Source: the human T2T-CHM13v2.0 reference genome, Homo sapiens | Reading direction: 5' to 3' (one strand) | Length of the DNA: 64,000 nt | Assembly (NCBI RefSeq): GCF_009914755.1 | Contig: NC_060935.1 | In this document: piece after piece, positions 21,944 to 36,480 of the stretch | Numbering within the stretch: position 1 is the stretch's first letter | Layout: every line of letters begins with the position of its first letter | Notes under the pieces: model-generated | What the model saw: the letters and a program-made list of their open reading frames with translations, nothing else | What the model was told of the DNA's origin: nothing | Databases searched by the model: none | Position numbers and translations under genes: made by a program

Positions 21944-22279
21944 GATACCAGTGAATTACATTGCTTCATACATATTTTGGTGTCATTGACTTTCTAAAGT
22001 TAGTGTGGACCCAGTCCTCTTTCATGTCTTGAATGTAGATTGAGAGCGAATTCATTATCATTTTCATCATTATCACTATCATCATTCTAGGTGGATACAA
22101 AAATTAAAATATTTGAATATTGAAAGTATTTTAAAAATCAAAGTAATTATCCTTCTTTTCACCATTCTTTCAAGTTTCTAACCAATCAAAGTAGGAAAAC
22201 AAGAAAAAATAGTTACAAGTAATTAATAGAGATGTAGGTGTCATCAGACTAAAACAAATTTCAAAAAATGAATTATTTG

Positions 22280-22663
<384 letters not shown>

Positions 22664-23009
22664 TTAGAAAGTTTTAAATCTTCTCTTAAAAAAAAATGTA
22701 AGCAAGGATTTTCATGTACCACCTGCATTTTAAAGAACATAATTTTTCTATATGAAAAAAGTGCTTGTGAGTATAAATGGGAACATGGTGGATTTTCATA
22801 ATGGCATTGTAAAGGCAATTATTTGCCTACAGAGTTTAGAAGAAAGCAGACATTTTCTGAGTCACATATTCATTTTTACCAAGTAATATAATCAATGCAC
22901 ATAGTCAAAAGAAAGAGAACTTCTTTTTTCTCTTTTCTTTTTTGTAGGCATGATTCCTCTTTGGCTTCCCATTTAAATTTGATGAAGTTTTCATCATTGC
23001 AGTAACTAG

Positions 23010-23361
<352 letters not shown>

Positions 23362-23471
23362 TTACTTCACAGGTCCAAAATTAGTGATCAATGAATTGGC
23401 CTTCTGAGACAAAATAAATAGGGATTGATATCAAATCTTGTATCTAGCTTCAAAACAAACAAACAAAATGA

Positions 23472-23750
23472 GGCCGGGCAAGGTGGATCACGCCTATAAT
23501 CCCAGCACTTTGGGAGGCCGAGGCAGGTGGATCACGAGATCAGGAGATCAAGATCATCCTGGCTAACACGGTGAAACCCCATCTCTACTAAAAATAAAAA
23601 AAATTAGCTGGGTGTGCTGGCGGGTGCCTGCAGTCCCAGCTACTGGGGAGGCTGAGGCAGGAGAATGGCGTGAACCCCGAGGCGGAGCTTGCAGTGAGCT
23701 GAGATCGCGCCACTGCACTCCAGCCTGGGGGACAGAGCAAGACTCCCTCT

Positions 23751-23782
<32 letters not shown>
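23472..23782 (+). mobile_element. AluY
   Basis: AluY diagnostics; long A tail ending at 23782. Confidence 0.95.
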
Positions 23783-23786
<4 letters not shown>

Positions 23787-24094
23787 GTCACAGCTGCAAG
23801 CTAAGGGATTGAAACTTCAACCAATCATATAGGGAATTTAAGCTCTAGTTGCAGCCTGATTTTTTTAACCAATCAGGCCCACCAACCCACACAAGGATAG
23901 AAAATAAGCTAATTATATATCACAGAAAAAGTAAAAAAGGAGGGGTCGTAAGGGGATATAAGCACAAGACACCCAAACCAGAAACGGCAACCCTTCTGGG
24001 TGCCCTTCCACAGCGTGGAAGCTTTACTTTCACTTTCGTTTTACTTTCACTTTCGCTTTAATAAATCTTGCAGCCACACCAAAAAAAAAAAAAA
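23783..24094 (+). mobile_element. ERV1-class LTR U3-R fragment ending in poly(A) (processed retrocopy)
   Basis: CCAAT x2, gatataag, R region ggcaaccc...cccttccacagcgtggaagcttt resembling the HERV9/HERV-W group, AATAAA 24060-24065, 15 nt, then A14; no U5. Confidence 0.8.
24023..24055 (-). promoter_or_regulatory. Tandem IRF-E/ISRE/PRDM1-like motif (CGAAAGTGAAAGTAAA x2)
   Basis: Exact 16-bp repeat at 24023-24038 and 24040-24055; motif match only. Confidence 0.5.
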
Positions 24095-24464
24095 GATGTG
24101 TTTAACAGCAGTTGACATTAAGAAAAAAAAGTCATTGAATAATATATTTGATGGTAAGTTTCTATGAGTCAAAACTATGGTAAAGCTCTTTTAAAAATGC
24201 AAGTATTATTCTAGACAGGAGGTTAAATCTTTGCAAGGTGGGTTTGAATAAAGATTTACTGTGAATAAATGTAATTAACTATCTAATGAAATGATGAATG
24301 ATCTTCTATTGAAGAGTTCAAGAGTAGAGTTTATGATGATCTGATAGGGATAATATATGTAGAAATATTGTTTCAGGTATGGCTAAAACTTTTAAAGTAA
24401 TTTCATTCTAATACTTTAAGATTTGATTATACTACTGTTTGGTCCTTCACATTTCTATTTTACC

Positions 24465-24750
24465 AGTGAGACACATTTTAACCAGCCTCTTTCCAAGAAT
24501 TTTTGTATAGCAAACAACTTAGAAAATAGAGTTAGTATTTACTTTCAGAAAAATAGACCAGACATGCTTACTGTCAGGATAATAAAGATAACATTTTCTT
24601 TTTTCAGAACAAAAAACAGACATGCTCACTGTCTGTTATAAAAGATTCAGGTCCCCTAAATTCAGAATTTTCTTTTGGTAATGCAGCCCTCGGGAATGTC
24701 TTCTCATATCCATAAACCTATGGCAAGCTAACTTGTTAGTTTGCAAATTA
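24465..24750 (+). mobile_element. Old LTR remnant (ERVL, MER74/MER54-like)
   Basis: Internal repeat cagacatgct(t/c)actgtc (24559, 24617) and ttataaaagattcaggtcccctaa. Confidence 0.5.
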
Positions 24751-25350
24751 GCTTCAGAGTTTTTCATGCTTACCTTGGCCAAATTATGTAACAGTGTAAA
24801 AACTCAGTGGTTTTAAATTAATGCTTTTTGAGATAATGTGACTTAGTTATTGAGACATACAAATTAACTTAAAGCCAGTTGTTGCTGTTTGGTGAAGATT
24901 TCCTTGACCCCTTGGAGTTAGTCCTTAATAAATAAATCTTTATAGAATTTTGTGCTTGTGCAAGGTAAGATATGATATTTTATATGCCTCTTAATATAGA
25001 TTAAAAGTCTTAACAATGCCCTTAAACAGCTTGTAGAGATAAATATAAAGTTATGCGATAGAGTGAAGCAAACTGCGATGACGTAGGAGGATGAAAGCAG
25101 TAGGATTTGTTTTAATAGAGGATAACTAAGCCAATGCCTTCAAGGGATGACCAATCTATTCCCGAACAACCATGGCAAATACAATACCAGTCAAACCAAC
25201 CTCATGGTCCCATAGACCAGGCCAAGTATGTGAGACTGAAGCTTATTTTGTGGGTATATTGGTCCTGCTGTGATTTGTCTTTGATGGAAACTGGGGACTG
25301 GAGATAGATTGTGTTTCAGAAGACAACTATGGAATTAGATTAACCTTTGA

Positions 25351-25823
<473 letters not shown>

Positions 25824-26045
25824 TGTTTTTAACGTATAATCAAATTGACCCTTTTGGTCTTAAAACTTGAAACTTTTTGAAATTTGTTTTATCTGAATTC
25901 CTTACTCAGGAAATGACCTTTAGGTCTCTCAAAAATAAAGTATCAAAGAACTGAAACTCACCAGACCACCACATCTAGACAATCCCATCCAGATGTCAAA
26001 CCCTAAATTCATCATGATTGTTTCCTTGCCCCTCTCTAGTTCCTG

Positions 26046-26481
<436 letters not shown>

Positions 26482-27049
26482 TAGCACCCAATTATAGGCT
26501 TCTTCCTTGGCAATAATTATTGCCTCAGTTATTGACTTTCTGTGTGGCAAGCAGTAGGACCTAGACTGAACCTCTGGTACTTTCATAACACCAATTCTTG
26601 AGTTATTATATTGAGTATGAATTTTGCAGAGGAAAAAGAAATAAGATGCATAAGATACAGGCTGCTGTCTTCTCCAGGAAAAAAAAAAATGAGAAACAGG
26701 ACAGGAGTTTTACTACTCTACCATTAGGAACAAGGAAAAAGAAACAAATTGAAGGCATAAAACTGGTCTCTCCAAGGTCTTACCGTAGTGAATATATAGA
26801 GAAACCTCAAGAATTCCAAGAGAGAACCAGTAAGGAAAGTATTTTTCTCTACCAACCCTGTTCTTCACACAATGGTAATAGAACTTAGAATAATCCATGC
26901 CCATAATATTCTAGATTGTTGTGATCCCATTTTTTATAGAAATTGGCAAGGCATACAACATGTATTTTGATTAATTTTTCAGACATATTATTGCAAAACC
27001 TATACAACAGGTAGAATCAAATGAATGAGTAACAGGTTATTTAATTCAA

Positions 27050-27127
27050 GTTGTTGTTCCAGTGTCTATCTTAGTGCTTGGCACAAAACAGGCACCAAAT
27101 ATCTTTCTACTGAATAACTGAATTAAT
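27050..27127 (+). mobile_element. L2 3' end
   Basis: agtgcttggcacaaaacaggcaccaaata...tgaataactgaat. Confidence 0.6.
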
Positions 27128-27932
27128 TTTTATTTGTGTTGAGTAAAATAATTTCATATGATGATGAATGGAAATTGCTCCAGTTATATTAACCCTGCCT
27201 GGAGCTAGGTGTACCTTATTCATAATAGAGATATGCATTTTATTATTGTAATAGAAAACACTGGCTTTTATGCATAGCAACATGAAACTTATTAGGTGAT
27301 ATTGTCAGCTGAATTTACATTTAACCTGATTTCTTAAAGAAAAAAACAGCCTGTCATATCCAGAGTGAGATATTAACAGATATATATCAGAACTTCAGTG
27401 AGACAGTTTCTTTGAATATTTATAGTATTTATCAATTGTTGACATTTTATAGTGATTTTTTTCTTGCAAAATCCATTAGCTTGCCATGTTATCAGGCAAA
27501 AGAAATAGTCTATTGACATTAAAAATAATTTGCCATATTAAGGTAGACATCATTGTAGTAAGGAATACAAAATGAAGAAAGTAACAGAGAATATTGTCTA
27601 CAGACAGCTTCTTTTAAGAATTAATACTCGGGGTGCATAAATATTTGAGTATTTCTCTAGTCTTATGAGATTACGCATATACACATATAATTTTTTTTTT
27701 TCATCTTAGGTCGTATTCTCCAAGATAAGACACCAATCACCATCTATGTAATTTACATCGTAAAATTTTGTGAAAGATGGTCTGCATGAATTCTTATTGT
27801 TTCTCAGCAGAAAGTTGAAGTAATCAGAATTTTCTTTTTTTCTTAGTCTTTCTTGTATTAAGGGACTATATTTTGTTAACTTTAAATATAAATGCTCTCA
27901 TTTTGTTTGAAAATGAAAATTAAAGAAATCAC

Positions 27933-27951
27933 TAGTGCCACCTATTGGTGG
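27933..27951 (-). promoter_or_regulatory. Candidate CTCF site
   Basis: Minus strand CCACCAATAGGTGGCACTA; one mismatch to core CCASYAGRKGGCRSY. Confidence 0.6.
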
Positions 27952-28099
27952 AAATCCATATTGTGAGCTGTGTTAATTCATCCTCAGATGTGCCCTGTGG
28001 GACGCTAGAAGATGTAAAGTGGAGACACAAATCGAAGTGAAGTGAAGTATATAGCTGAGTATCATGCATCACAAGGAGTAAGGGGTGTACATGATAAGC

Positions 28100-28260
28100 A
28101 TCCTCATTTTATCCTAAGTTGTGATATTGCAGTGTAGATAATCCTTGTTTTACAGAAGAAGAAACTGAGGCTTAAAGGGATTAAATGCTACTTTATTCAA
28201 TATATTATGTAATCGTTAGAAAAGTTGTGATTTTAAATACAACTCTATTCTTTTTACTGA
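28100..28260 (-). mobile_element. MIR
   Basis: gttttacagaagaagaaactgaggcttaaaggg core. Confidence 0.7.
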
Positions 28261-29234
28261 ATCAGAACACTTACGCAAAAATTTCAATGTACATTAACTA
28301 CACATCTGATGAGGGATATGAATTCATAGCCTTCAATTAAACTGTATATTTGATTCTGCTATTCCTAAGTTACTGGATTGTTTTAATCATATTTTTAAGA
28401 AGGCTGCTCAATGAATTATTGAGCATTTTAGTGAATTTACACAAATATCAACTTAATTTTAGACTTTGCACTGACTTATTTATCTACAAGTTTCTGAAGC
28501 CATTTGGTGTTTTTTACTTTTGCAGGTAAAGGATTCTGGCTTAGAGTAGTGTCAATCATATGTATTTTAAAATTTGTTTATTTTGACTTATTCATGCTTA
28601 TATTAATATTTGAGTGATAGTTCAATATCCTTACAAAAAAATGGCAGCAACAGTAAACCTAACACACACGCTATATCAATAAATGCATAGTAGCTCTTAC
28701 TCTTTTACTTCTACCATCAATGATTACAAATAGAAAAAATAATGTGTTCAGTTAGGCAGGACTAAGGGCTAGCCTGGAACTTACTGCTCTACCATCTTGT
28801 GGTCATCACTTCAACTCTTCCGATCCCAATTATGCCTTTGTAACAGAAATCATAGTGATCACTTTTTTTCTCAAGACATCCTCACATCTGCAGTTGGTTT
28901 AATATTATAAAGTATACAAAAGATATGAAATATGTGTTTATTTATTATGTCTCTTCCATTTCCATTAAATGTTATAAAAGAGATAGTTGTATATTTTAAG
29001 GCTTAACTCTCCTTCCTATAGATAATAAAATTCCCAGTAAGCAGTCTGACCCCTCTTCAAAAATTTCCAATGCCCTGCCAGAAAATGTAATAAATATCAA
29101 AATTTTGTTTCCAAGTTTGCAGGAAAATAAATGTCTATTAAATATAATAAACAGGTAAAAAACTCTCCAACTTTAGAGAGGTCCCTATGATAGTCTTACT
29201 TCTATTGTATTTATAAAACAAAGATAATAAGATA

Positions 29235-29440
29235 TTAGATGAAAAGCACAAACTCCAAAGATTGAGGGTTTAAATTAAAATTCTGTCTTTATTTCTTTGG
29301 AGCTTTATGATTCTGGAAATGTTGTTTTAGATCCTTGAACTTCAATTTCCTCAGGTGCATAAAAACTTATAGGATTACTTTAAGGAATTAAATGAAATAA
29401 TGTGCAAAATGGTAGTCAAAATGAGTACGAGCTATTAATC
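29235..29440 (+). mobile_element. MIR
   Basis: ttgaacttcaatttcctca...aggaattaaatgaaataatgtg. Confidence 0.6.
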
Positions 29441-29600
29441 TTACAATATTTAAGCTCTGAGTTAAAAACAATGGGTTAATTGGGTTGTCAAAGGTAGCAG
29501 TCTTAAAAAAACTTAAAACGAGCACCTCCTGCTATGTTATTTCTGTTCATCGCTTTTCAGATCTCACGGAGTTAGAATTGTCTTAGAATCTTTTTTTTAA

Positions 29601-29915
<315 letters not shown>

Positions 29916-29999
29916 AGAATATTTTTTTTAATTCTTTATCTAAGTAGAAGTGAAATTTCATAAAAGCGATACTTAAATGTGTATTACTTCTTTCCTTTG

Positions 30000-30520
30000 T
30001 TTGCAATATTTTTGTGCCACCAATTTCAATCCTCATTGCCTACCTGGGCTGGTTTGTAATAGCACCCAAACTGGCCTACCAAATGACATTATCTGCCTTC
30101 CAAGAAATTTCATATATTGCTGCTATCCAATTCTTGTTAAAGTATAAATCTTATCCTAACTTCTCTTGTTCACATACCAACAATTCCAATGCTTAAATAA
30201 TGACAATTATATCATATGTCAAATTCATATACTGGCATTCAAGGCTCTCTACAACTTTTCCCATCCTGTTCCATAAAACCTCATATTCTATCTTCCTGCC
30301 CTATACACCTAGACTTTTCCTTTTGTGCCACATGTACTCCTTGGTTTTCCCTTAGAGTGGCTTTGCTTACACTAGTGGCTCTATTTTTGATACATATCTC
30401 AATTATCACCATTGATGGAAATCCTTTTTTCAAGATTCAAAACAAATACCAAATGTCTTAACTCCTGATTTCCCAACTGAGTTTATTTGCCATAAAGCAT
30501 GGATATGACATGACATAGTA
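30000..30520 (+). mobile_element. L2 fragment
   Basis: C/T-rich L2-like tract (tggcattcaaggctctctacaac, tcctttttcaagattcaa). Confidence 0.55.
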
Positions 30521-30564
30521 AATGCATTTTTTATGCCTCAGTTTTAATTGTCCTCAATTTTAAC

Positions 30565-30720
30565 CAGGTTGGCTCTTAGTAGCCATGTAACCTTGGACAA
30601 ATCACTGAATTTTGAGCCTCACTTTCTACTTCTGTTCAAGGTGGATATTAATTAGTATTTAGCCAACTTACAGAATTTATTCTACTTGGAAGCCAAGTGG
30701 GATAATTATGTGATACTACA
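30565..30720 (+). mobile_element. MIR
   Basis: tgtaaccttggacaaatcactgaattttgagcctcactttc. Confidence 0.7.
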
Positions 30721-30950
30721 TTGAGGCTACCTTAATGTTATCTTGGCAAGGTCCTAAGGAGATTGGAACTGAAAACAGGATAAAGCAGTAATCTCCTTGG
30801 ACCGCCTCAACCAAGGTTGCATAGCTGCAAATTCTGGATCTTTCTAGAGTCTGGATACAGCTTGAATCTGAATCCAGATTGTCCCTTTTCAGAATAGTAA
30901 ATCATACACAGAAGCCAAATTATTCACTGGTCCATCCTGTTTAGGGTTTT

Positions 30951-31262
30951 TTGGGTTTGTTTTGTTTTTGTTTTTTTGAGACAGGATCTCACTCCCACTG
31001 CCCAGGCTGGAGTTCAGTGGTGCAATTTCGGCTCTTTTCAACCTCCAGTTCCCCGGGCTCAAGCGACTCTCATGCCTTAGCCTCCCAAGTAGCTGGAGCT
31101 ACAGGCATGTGCCACCACGCCCAGCTAATTTTTTGTATGTTTAGTAGAGATGGGGTTTCACCATATTGGCCAGGCTGGTCTTGAACTCCTGACCTCAAAT
31201 GATCTGCCCGCCTCAGTCTCCCAACGTGCTGGGATTACAGGTGTGAGCTATCACACCCAGCC
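30951..31262 (-). mobile_element. Alu (AluSx/J-like)
   Basis: Antisense dimer; TSD tttagggtttt. Confidence 0.93.
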
Positions 31263-32447
31263 TTATTTAGGGTTTTGAAGATGGTAGATATTGAAACAGA
31301 TACTGAACAGGCAAAAGCCCTGTACTTTTGAGAGTCTCACAAATCACAGAAACATGTCAGCCCAAATAGGGGAATATAATAGGTTATTTAAAATGAAATA
31401 ACAATTCTCAACATGGCAGAACACCCACTTTGTTACCTCTATTTGGGTTATGATTTGTGGTTATATAGTTATACAACTTTGAGCACTATCTTTACTCTCA
31501 CAGTGCCTGAGGAATATTTTGCAAAATTAAACCATTCATAAGTTGTTTGTATATATACGTATGTCTAAACATGATATGCATGAAGTATGATACCAATTCC
31601 TTACATTGGTTTTTAGATGGTCATTGAATGATAGAATTATTTTGTATAAAAATATTTAATTACATTTTAAAAAACACTGTAGTCTTCTTTAAAAGATTAT
31701 TGGGGTCAAAAGTATGATAATGATAACTTGGTTGATATAAATAAAGGTATAAAAGACAGAATTTTGGCCCAAATCCAGAAGCACTCTGGCTGTGAGTGAC
31801 CAGAGTTTGAATATTTACTGGGAGACAGAACCTCAACTGTGCCAAATAATGACATCTTTGGGGAAATTCAAAGATTATGTATGAGATCTTCTGAATCTCT
31901 CTAAAGATGGAACATATTGATGAAGCACATTTTATATTTGACATAAGAATGCTGACTATTTTAAGCAATTACATTTAGATAAAATATACGATGTGCTAGA
32001 AAAGTACAGAAAAACAAAAATTCCGAAATAAAGAGAAAATTATGGTTAGTAATAAAATACCATTTTGAATTTTTTCTATCCACAGAACTACTTTTTGCTA
32101 TCAGAAAGGTTGACATATGCTTAACATAAAAACTCAAATAGATATAAAATGACTATCATTTTTAAACTGATATACAAATATTTAGAAAAAATGGTTTTCT
32201 AAATCAAAAAATACATATGAAATATGCAACAATGAAACATTGCAATTCAACAAAAGAGAACTAGAGCAAAGAAATAAAATAATTTGTATAACTGTGAAGA
32301 TTTTTTTTTAAATCTTGAAATTAATTTCTAAAGACCATTCTTTGAGCATTACATGTCATGGTCGAATCTCGATCAAAAAAGGATTTGAATATTTTATTAT
32401 CTAAAGGGTTAGGCCACACAGGCTATTTTGTGCCCTTTTCTTTCCAT

Positions 32448-33242
32448 GTTTTATTGTAGGAAAATATAACAATTTTTTCTGTGTTAACCATGTTTCAGTG
32501 TACAGGACTATAGTACTACATTTATATTGTGCAACCATCAGTACAATCCTTTACCAGAACTCTTTTCATCCTACAAAACTTAAGCCCTACAAATGGCATT
32601 ATTCCTCCCTCCCAGTCCCTGGAAATCACCATTCTACTTTCTGTCTCTATCATTTTGACTACTTTTAAGTATCTCATATAAGTGGTATCATACTTACATA
32701 AGTGGTATTTATCTTTGTGTGGCTGGCTTACTTCACTTAGCATAATGTCCTCGAGGTTTACTCATATTTTAGCATATGCCAGATTTTTCTTCCTTTTAAA
32801 AGATGAATAATATTCCATTGTAAGTAGATACCATATTTTGCTTACCTATTTGCATATTAATAGATACTTGGATTGCTTCAATGTTTTAGCTAATGTGAGT
32901 AAAACTGCTATAAACATAGGTGTACAAATATCTCTTCAAGACTCTTCTTTCAACCCTTTTTGGTAAATACCTAGAAGTGGAACTGGTGGATCATATGGTA
33001 ATTTTGACATTTTTTGAGGAATTGCCATACTGTTTTCCACAGTGACTGTAACATTTTACAGTCCCACCTACATTATACACAAGATCCATTTTCTCTACAT
33101 CCTTGCCTACTGTGTTTTGTTTTTGTTTTTGTTTTTAATAATAGCCATCCAATGGGTGTGAGGTGAGTATCACTGTAGTTTTGATTTGCATTTTCTTAAT
33201 GATTACTGATGTTGAACATCCTTTTATGTGCTTATTGACCAC
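32448..33242 (-). mobile_element. L1MB-like 3' fragment
   Basis: ccctggaaatcaccattctactttctgtctctat motif; ORF 32522..32743 resembles L1 ORF2 end/3' UTR translation. Confidence 0.85.
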
Positions 33243-33755
33243 ATTTTATACCCATTTTATAAATGGATAAGCATGGTGGGAATTGAAGATATTAAATGGC
33301 TTGTTAAGCACCACTCCAAGCAAGAAATTAAAGGTAATATTATGCCCCTTTTTAAAAATAAAAATAGTTGTACTTATAAATTTACCAAATGAAGAAAAGC
33401 ATAATATTTTAGTAATATGCAAATTTGATAGTATTTAGTCATTTGTTTTTTATTGTAAATATAAATTCCAATTGCTAGTTTTAAGAGTGTATGTTTTAGC
33501 CAATATCAACAAATACCTTTGCATTACAAGATGATCACTGAAAATCTAGAGTATATACAAAAACAGTGAGTAAAATGAAAGGTACAGAGATGGATGACTG
33601 ACATGAAGAAACAAAAAAAACATTGACAAATGCACAAGTGTTTCTGGTAAACCTGACATCACCTGATATAGGTATTTTTAACTGAAATTTTCATAAATTG
33701 ATACAGTAGATAGATCAATTCACCTGTAGCTTCAGTGGTAAACAATGAGAGCTGC

Positions 33756-34721
33756 TAAAGCAGGTTATTTCCCTGACCCCTTCATGGGACTCACAACAAG
33801 GGTGCCTCGTTTACTCAACCTGCCACTCTCAACTCCTCACAGGAGGAAGTGCATGAGCAAACAAGGAAGTGCATGAGCAGGAACTGGAGTGCATGACCAT
33901 TGGAACCACCTGGCTGTTTTGGTACCTACAGGATCAAACTCCATTCACTGGGACCTGCTGCATTCCATCCCTCATGGGAGGGAGCATGCAGGTGAACAGG
34001 TGCGGAAGCCAGAGTGAGTGCTTTTGGGCTCTGGCATGAGTGAACCCTGTGGGCCCTGGAGAGGCATCCAGGTGGCATGCCTGCAACTCCTGAAGCCCCA
34101 GAGGACATATTACAGTGCTAAGTTAGCTCTGTCATCCACAAATGACTTAAGTGTTAACAGCTCAGTGGGCCCACGGCTGCCCTCCGCCAGTGAGGGCAAA
34201 GGGCCAGTGTGACAGCACTTTGCATCTACACTCATGGCTCCCAAGCTCTTGTCTGGTGTCCAGGAAAAATGAGGTCGCATGAACGAATTGAAGGATGGTA
34301 AATGCAGGGGATTTTATTGATGATGAAAGTGGCTGTCAGCAGGAAGGGGAGCTGAAAAGGGGACTGGGTCAGGGGTAGGTAATCTTCCCCTGAAGTCTAA
34401 CTGTCTCTGACTAGATTCTTCAAAGTTACATTATCAAGCTGTCCCTCTGAAGTCAAACTGCTTCTCTTTGACATCTGGCCATAGTCTTCAATGTCCAGCT
34501 GCTTCTCCTCTCTGCCAGCTGAGTCTGGGGTCTTTATAGGCACAGGATGGGGTGGGGTGGGGCCATATGTGGTTCAGGAAAAAGCAACATTTGAGCAAGA
34601 AAACAGGAATATAAGTTCTCACTTTGGGTGCCACAATCTCAGACTTTTTGGCTTGAGGGTGGGGCTTTGCCAGGGACTTGCCCCTGTCTGCCTAGAATTT
34701 CTCTGCCTCTTGTCGCTATCA
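33756..34721 (-). mobile_element. ERV1 solo LTR (LTR1/LTR28/MER52 group)
   Basis: Minus-strand start tgatagcgacaagaggcagagaaattctaggcag; tttatt poly(A) signal; perfect 4-bp TSD ctgc. Confidence 0.85.
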
Positions 34722-35784
34722 CTGCTATATTAGGTTTTAGGATTTTTAAAGATAATACCAGTTTTGCATTCTTTCTTGGTACATACCTAAAATGCTATTA
34801 TACACACAATTATTTTAAACTATTTGCATTGACTTGCTTAATCTCCATGGTTTATCCAAGCAGAACCAACATTTTCATGAACTTCATCCATAACTCTAAA
34901 TAGACATGTAATGTAAGAATACAATGTAGATCTGAGCCAGAAAAACATGGATTTAAAATGACCGACTGCCTCTTTATGTCTTACTGTGGAAACATCAGTT
35001 TCCTTATTTATGAAATGGATTGTAATAATTAAGTTTTATTAAAGTTAGACTTGATATTAATAACATAAAATAACCTTTTATATAATCTGATATATATTAG
35101 ATGCTCAATATTTATTAGCAAATAAATATTCACATCTCCACTGCTATTCAGGGTTTTGATTTCCTTAGATCTTCTTTGTCTTTTTGTCTTTTGGTGCTTG
35201 ATATTTTTGATGCTACATTCTACAAAATAATGAGCTCCCTGAGGAACTATGAATTACTTATTTCAAATTCCCTCACAGAGTCCAATCTGGAAGATTATAG
35301 GTGGTTGGTCCTCAATGATTATTAACCTAGTTAAATTGTATCTCATTGACTGAAGATCTGTGAGGGTGAAAATGAATATCTAACACCAACTAGACAAACA
35401 CTAAACATTTTGGGAATACTTATAGGTTCATGGCTGTGGTTCTTCTGCATCGCAAATTCTACTTTTCTGTGAGCTAATAATGTTACAGACTTAATAAGAA
35501 AGATTTGATTTTGAATATCCATAATCACCAACTTTAATTTTTTTCAAGTTTGCTAAAATTTCAAAACTATCCAGGATTCAAGAGAGTATATAGTAATAAT
35601 ATGTTAATAATAACAAATCTACTTTTTATTTCCATGAAACTTTATTTAAAGCACTTTAAAACGCTTACCTCTTCAACATATAGACAGTAAGTGAGGCCCA
35701 AGATCAAAAAAGGCAGAACTGTAATTGCAATCCGAATTGTTTTATCTCTCTCCCGCTATTGGAATGTGAATTTATCTGTACACT

Positions 35785-36279
35785 TGTAACTGAAACACTA
35801 GGGGTTCTATATAGGTCCCTTTACTTGCAGCACAGAAAGCCCATTGCTGAGACAATGAGGAGTGCCAGGAAAGAAGGCTTTATTTGGGTGCCACAGTCAA
35901 GGAGATGGGAGATTGGTTTCAAATACATATTTTCAACCAACTAAAATTAAAGGTTTATATAGCAGAAATGTAAGCAGGTATGAAAAAACAGGAATTGGTA
36001 AGGGGTAAGAAAAAGTAGTTGGTCAACAGGAAGTTAGTGATTGGTTAGGCAATCATGATGGGTGAAGGGTTCAGCATCCCATTGTCCAGATGCAGTGATC
36101 TGGTTAGTTTGAGATCCCTGATATTCTCTGGGAGTCCTGAGGGTCCATTTCCTGAGAAAGGAACTCAGATAATACAAGTGTAACTTTTTCAAGTTTTGAA
36201 ACTGGGAAGGTCAATTTGAATGTTTATTTAAAAGGAGATGTAAACATCAGTTCTCTGGGACAATTGGGCCCATTTTACA
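35785..36279 (-). mobile_element. MER31/MER67-like solo LTR
   Basis: Reverse-complement similarity to the LTR at 25472-26590; TG..CA ends. Confidence 0.75.
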
Positions 36280-36480
36280 CATTTGTGGATTTTGTTTTTA
36301 AGGTAAACTACTCATATGCCGAAACATAACTTAGATGTATTATGACAAAGATAATTTGGAACAAAAATTCTAAAATCAGAAATTGGTGTTCATCCCCAAT
36401 CTTTGGAGGAAATGCCTCACACTGACCATACTCAAAAAGCTCCTGAGAAATCACCTAATTCATGTTAAACCAAGCAGTCA

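Noticed and set aside
27690-27835. Strong acceptor (T-tract catcttag|g at 27709) and other isolated splice signals (7996, 24964, 36952)
   Set aside because: No convincing paired donor or open frame; such signals are frequent by chance and cannot be called exons without transcripts.
31660-31968. 102-aa ORF in AT-rich unique DNA
   Set aside because: Non-ATG start, no homology cue; length is compatible with chance.
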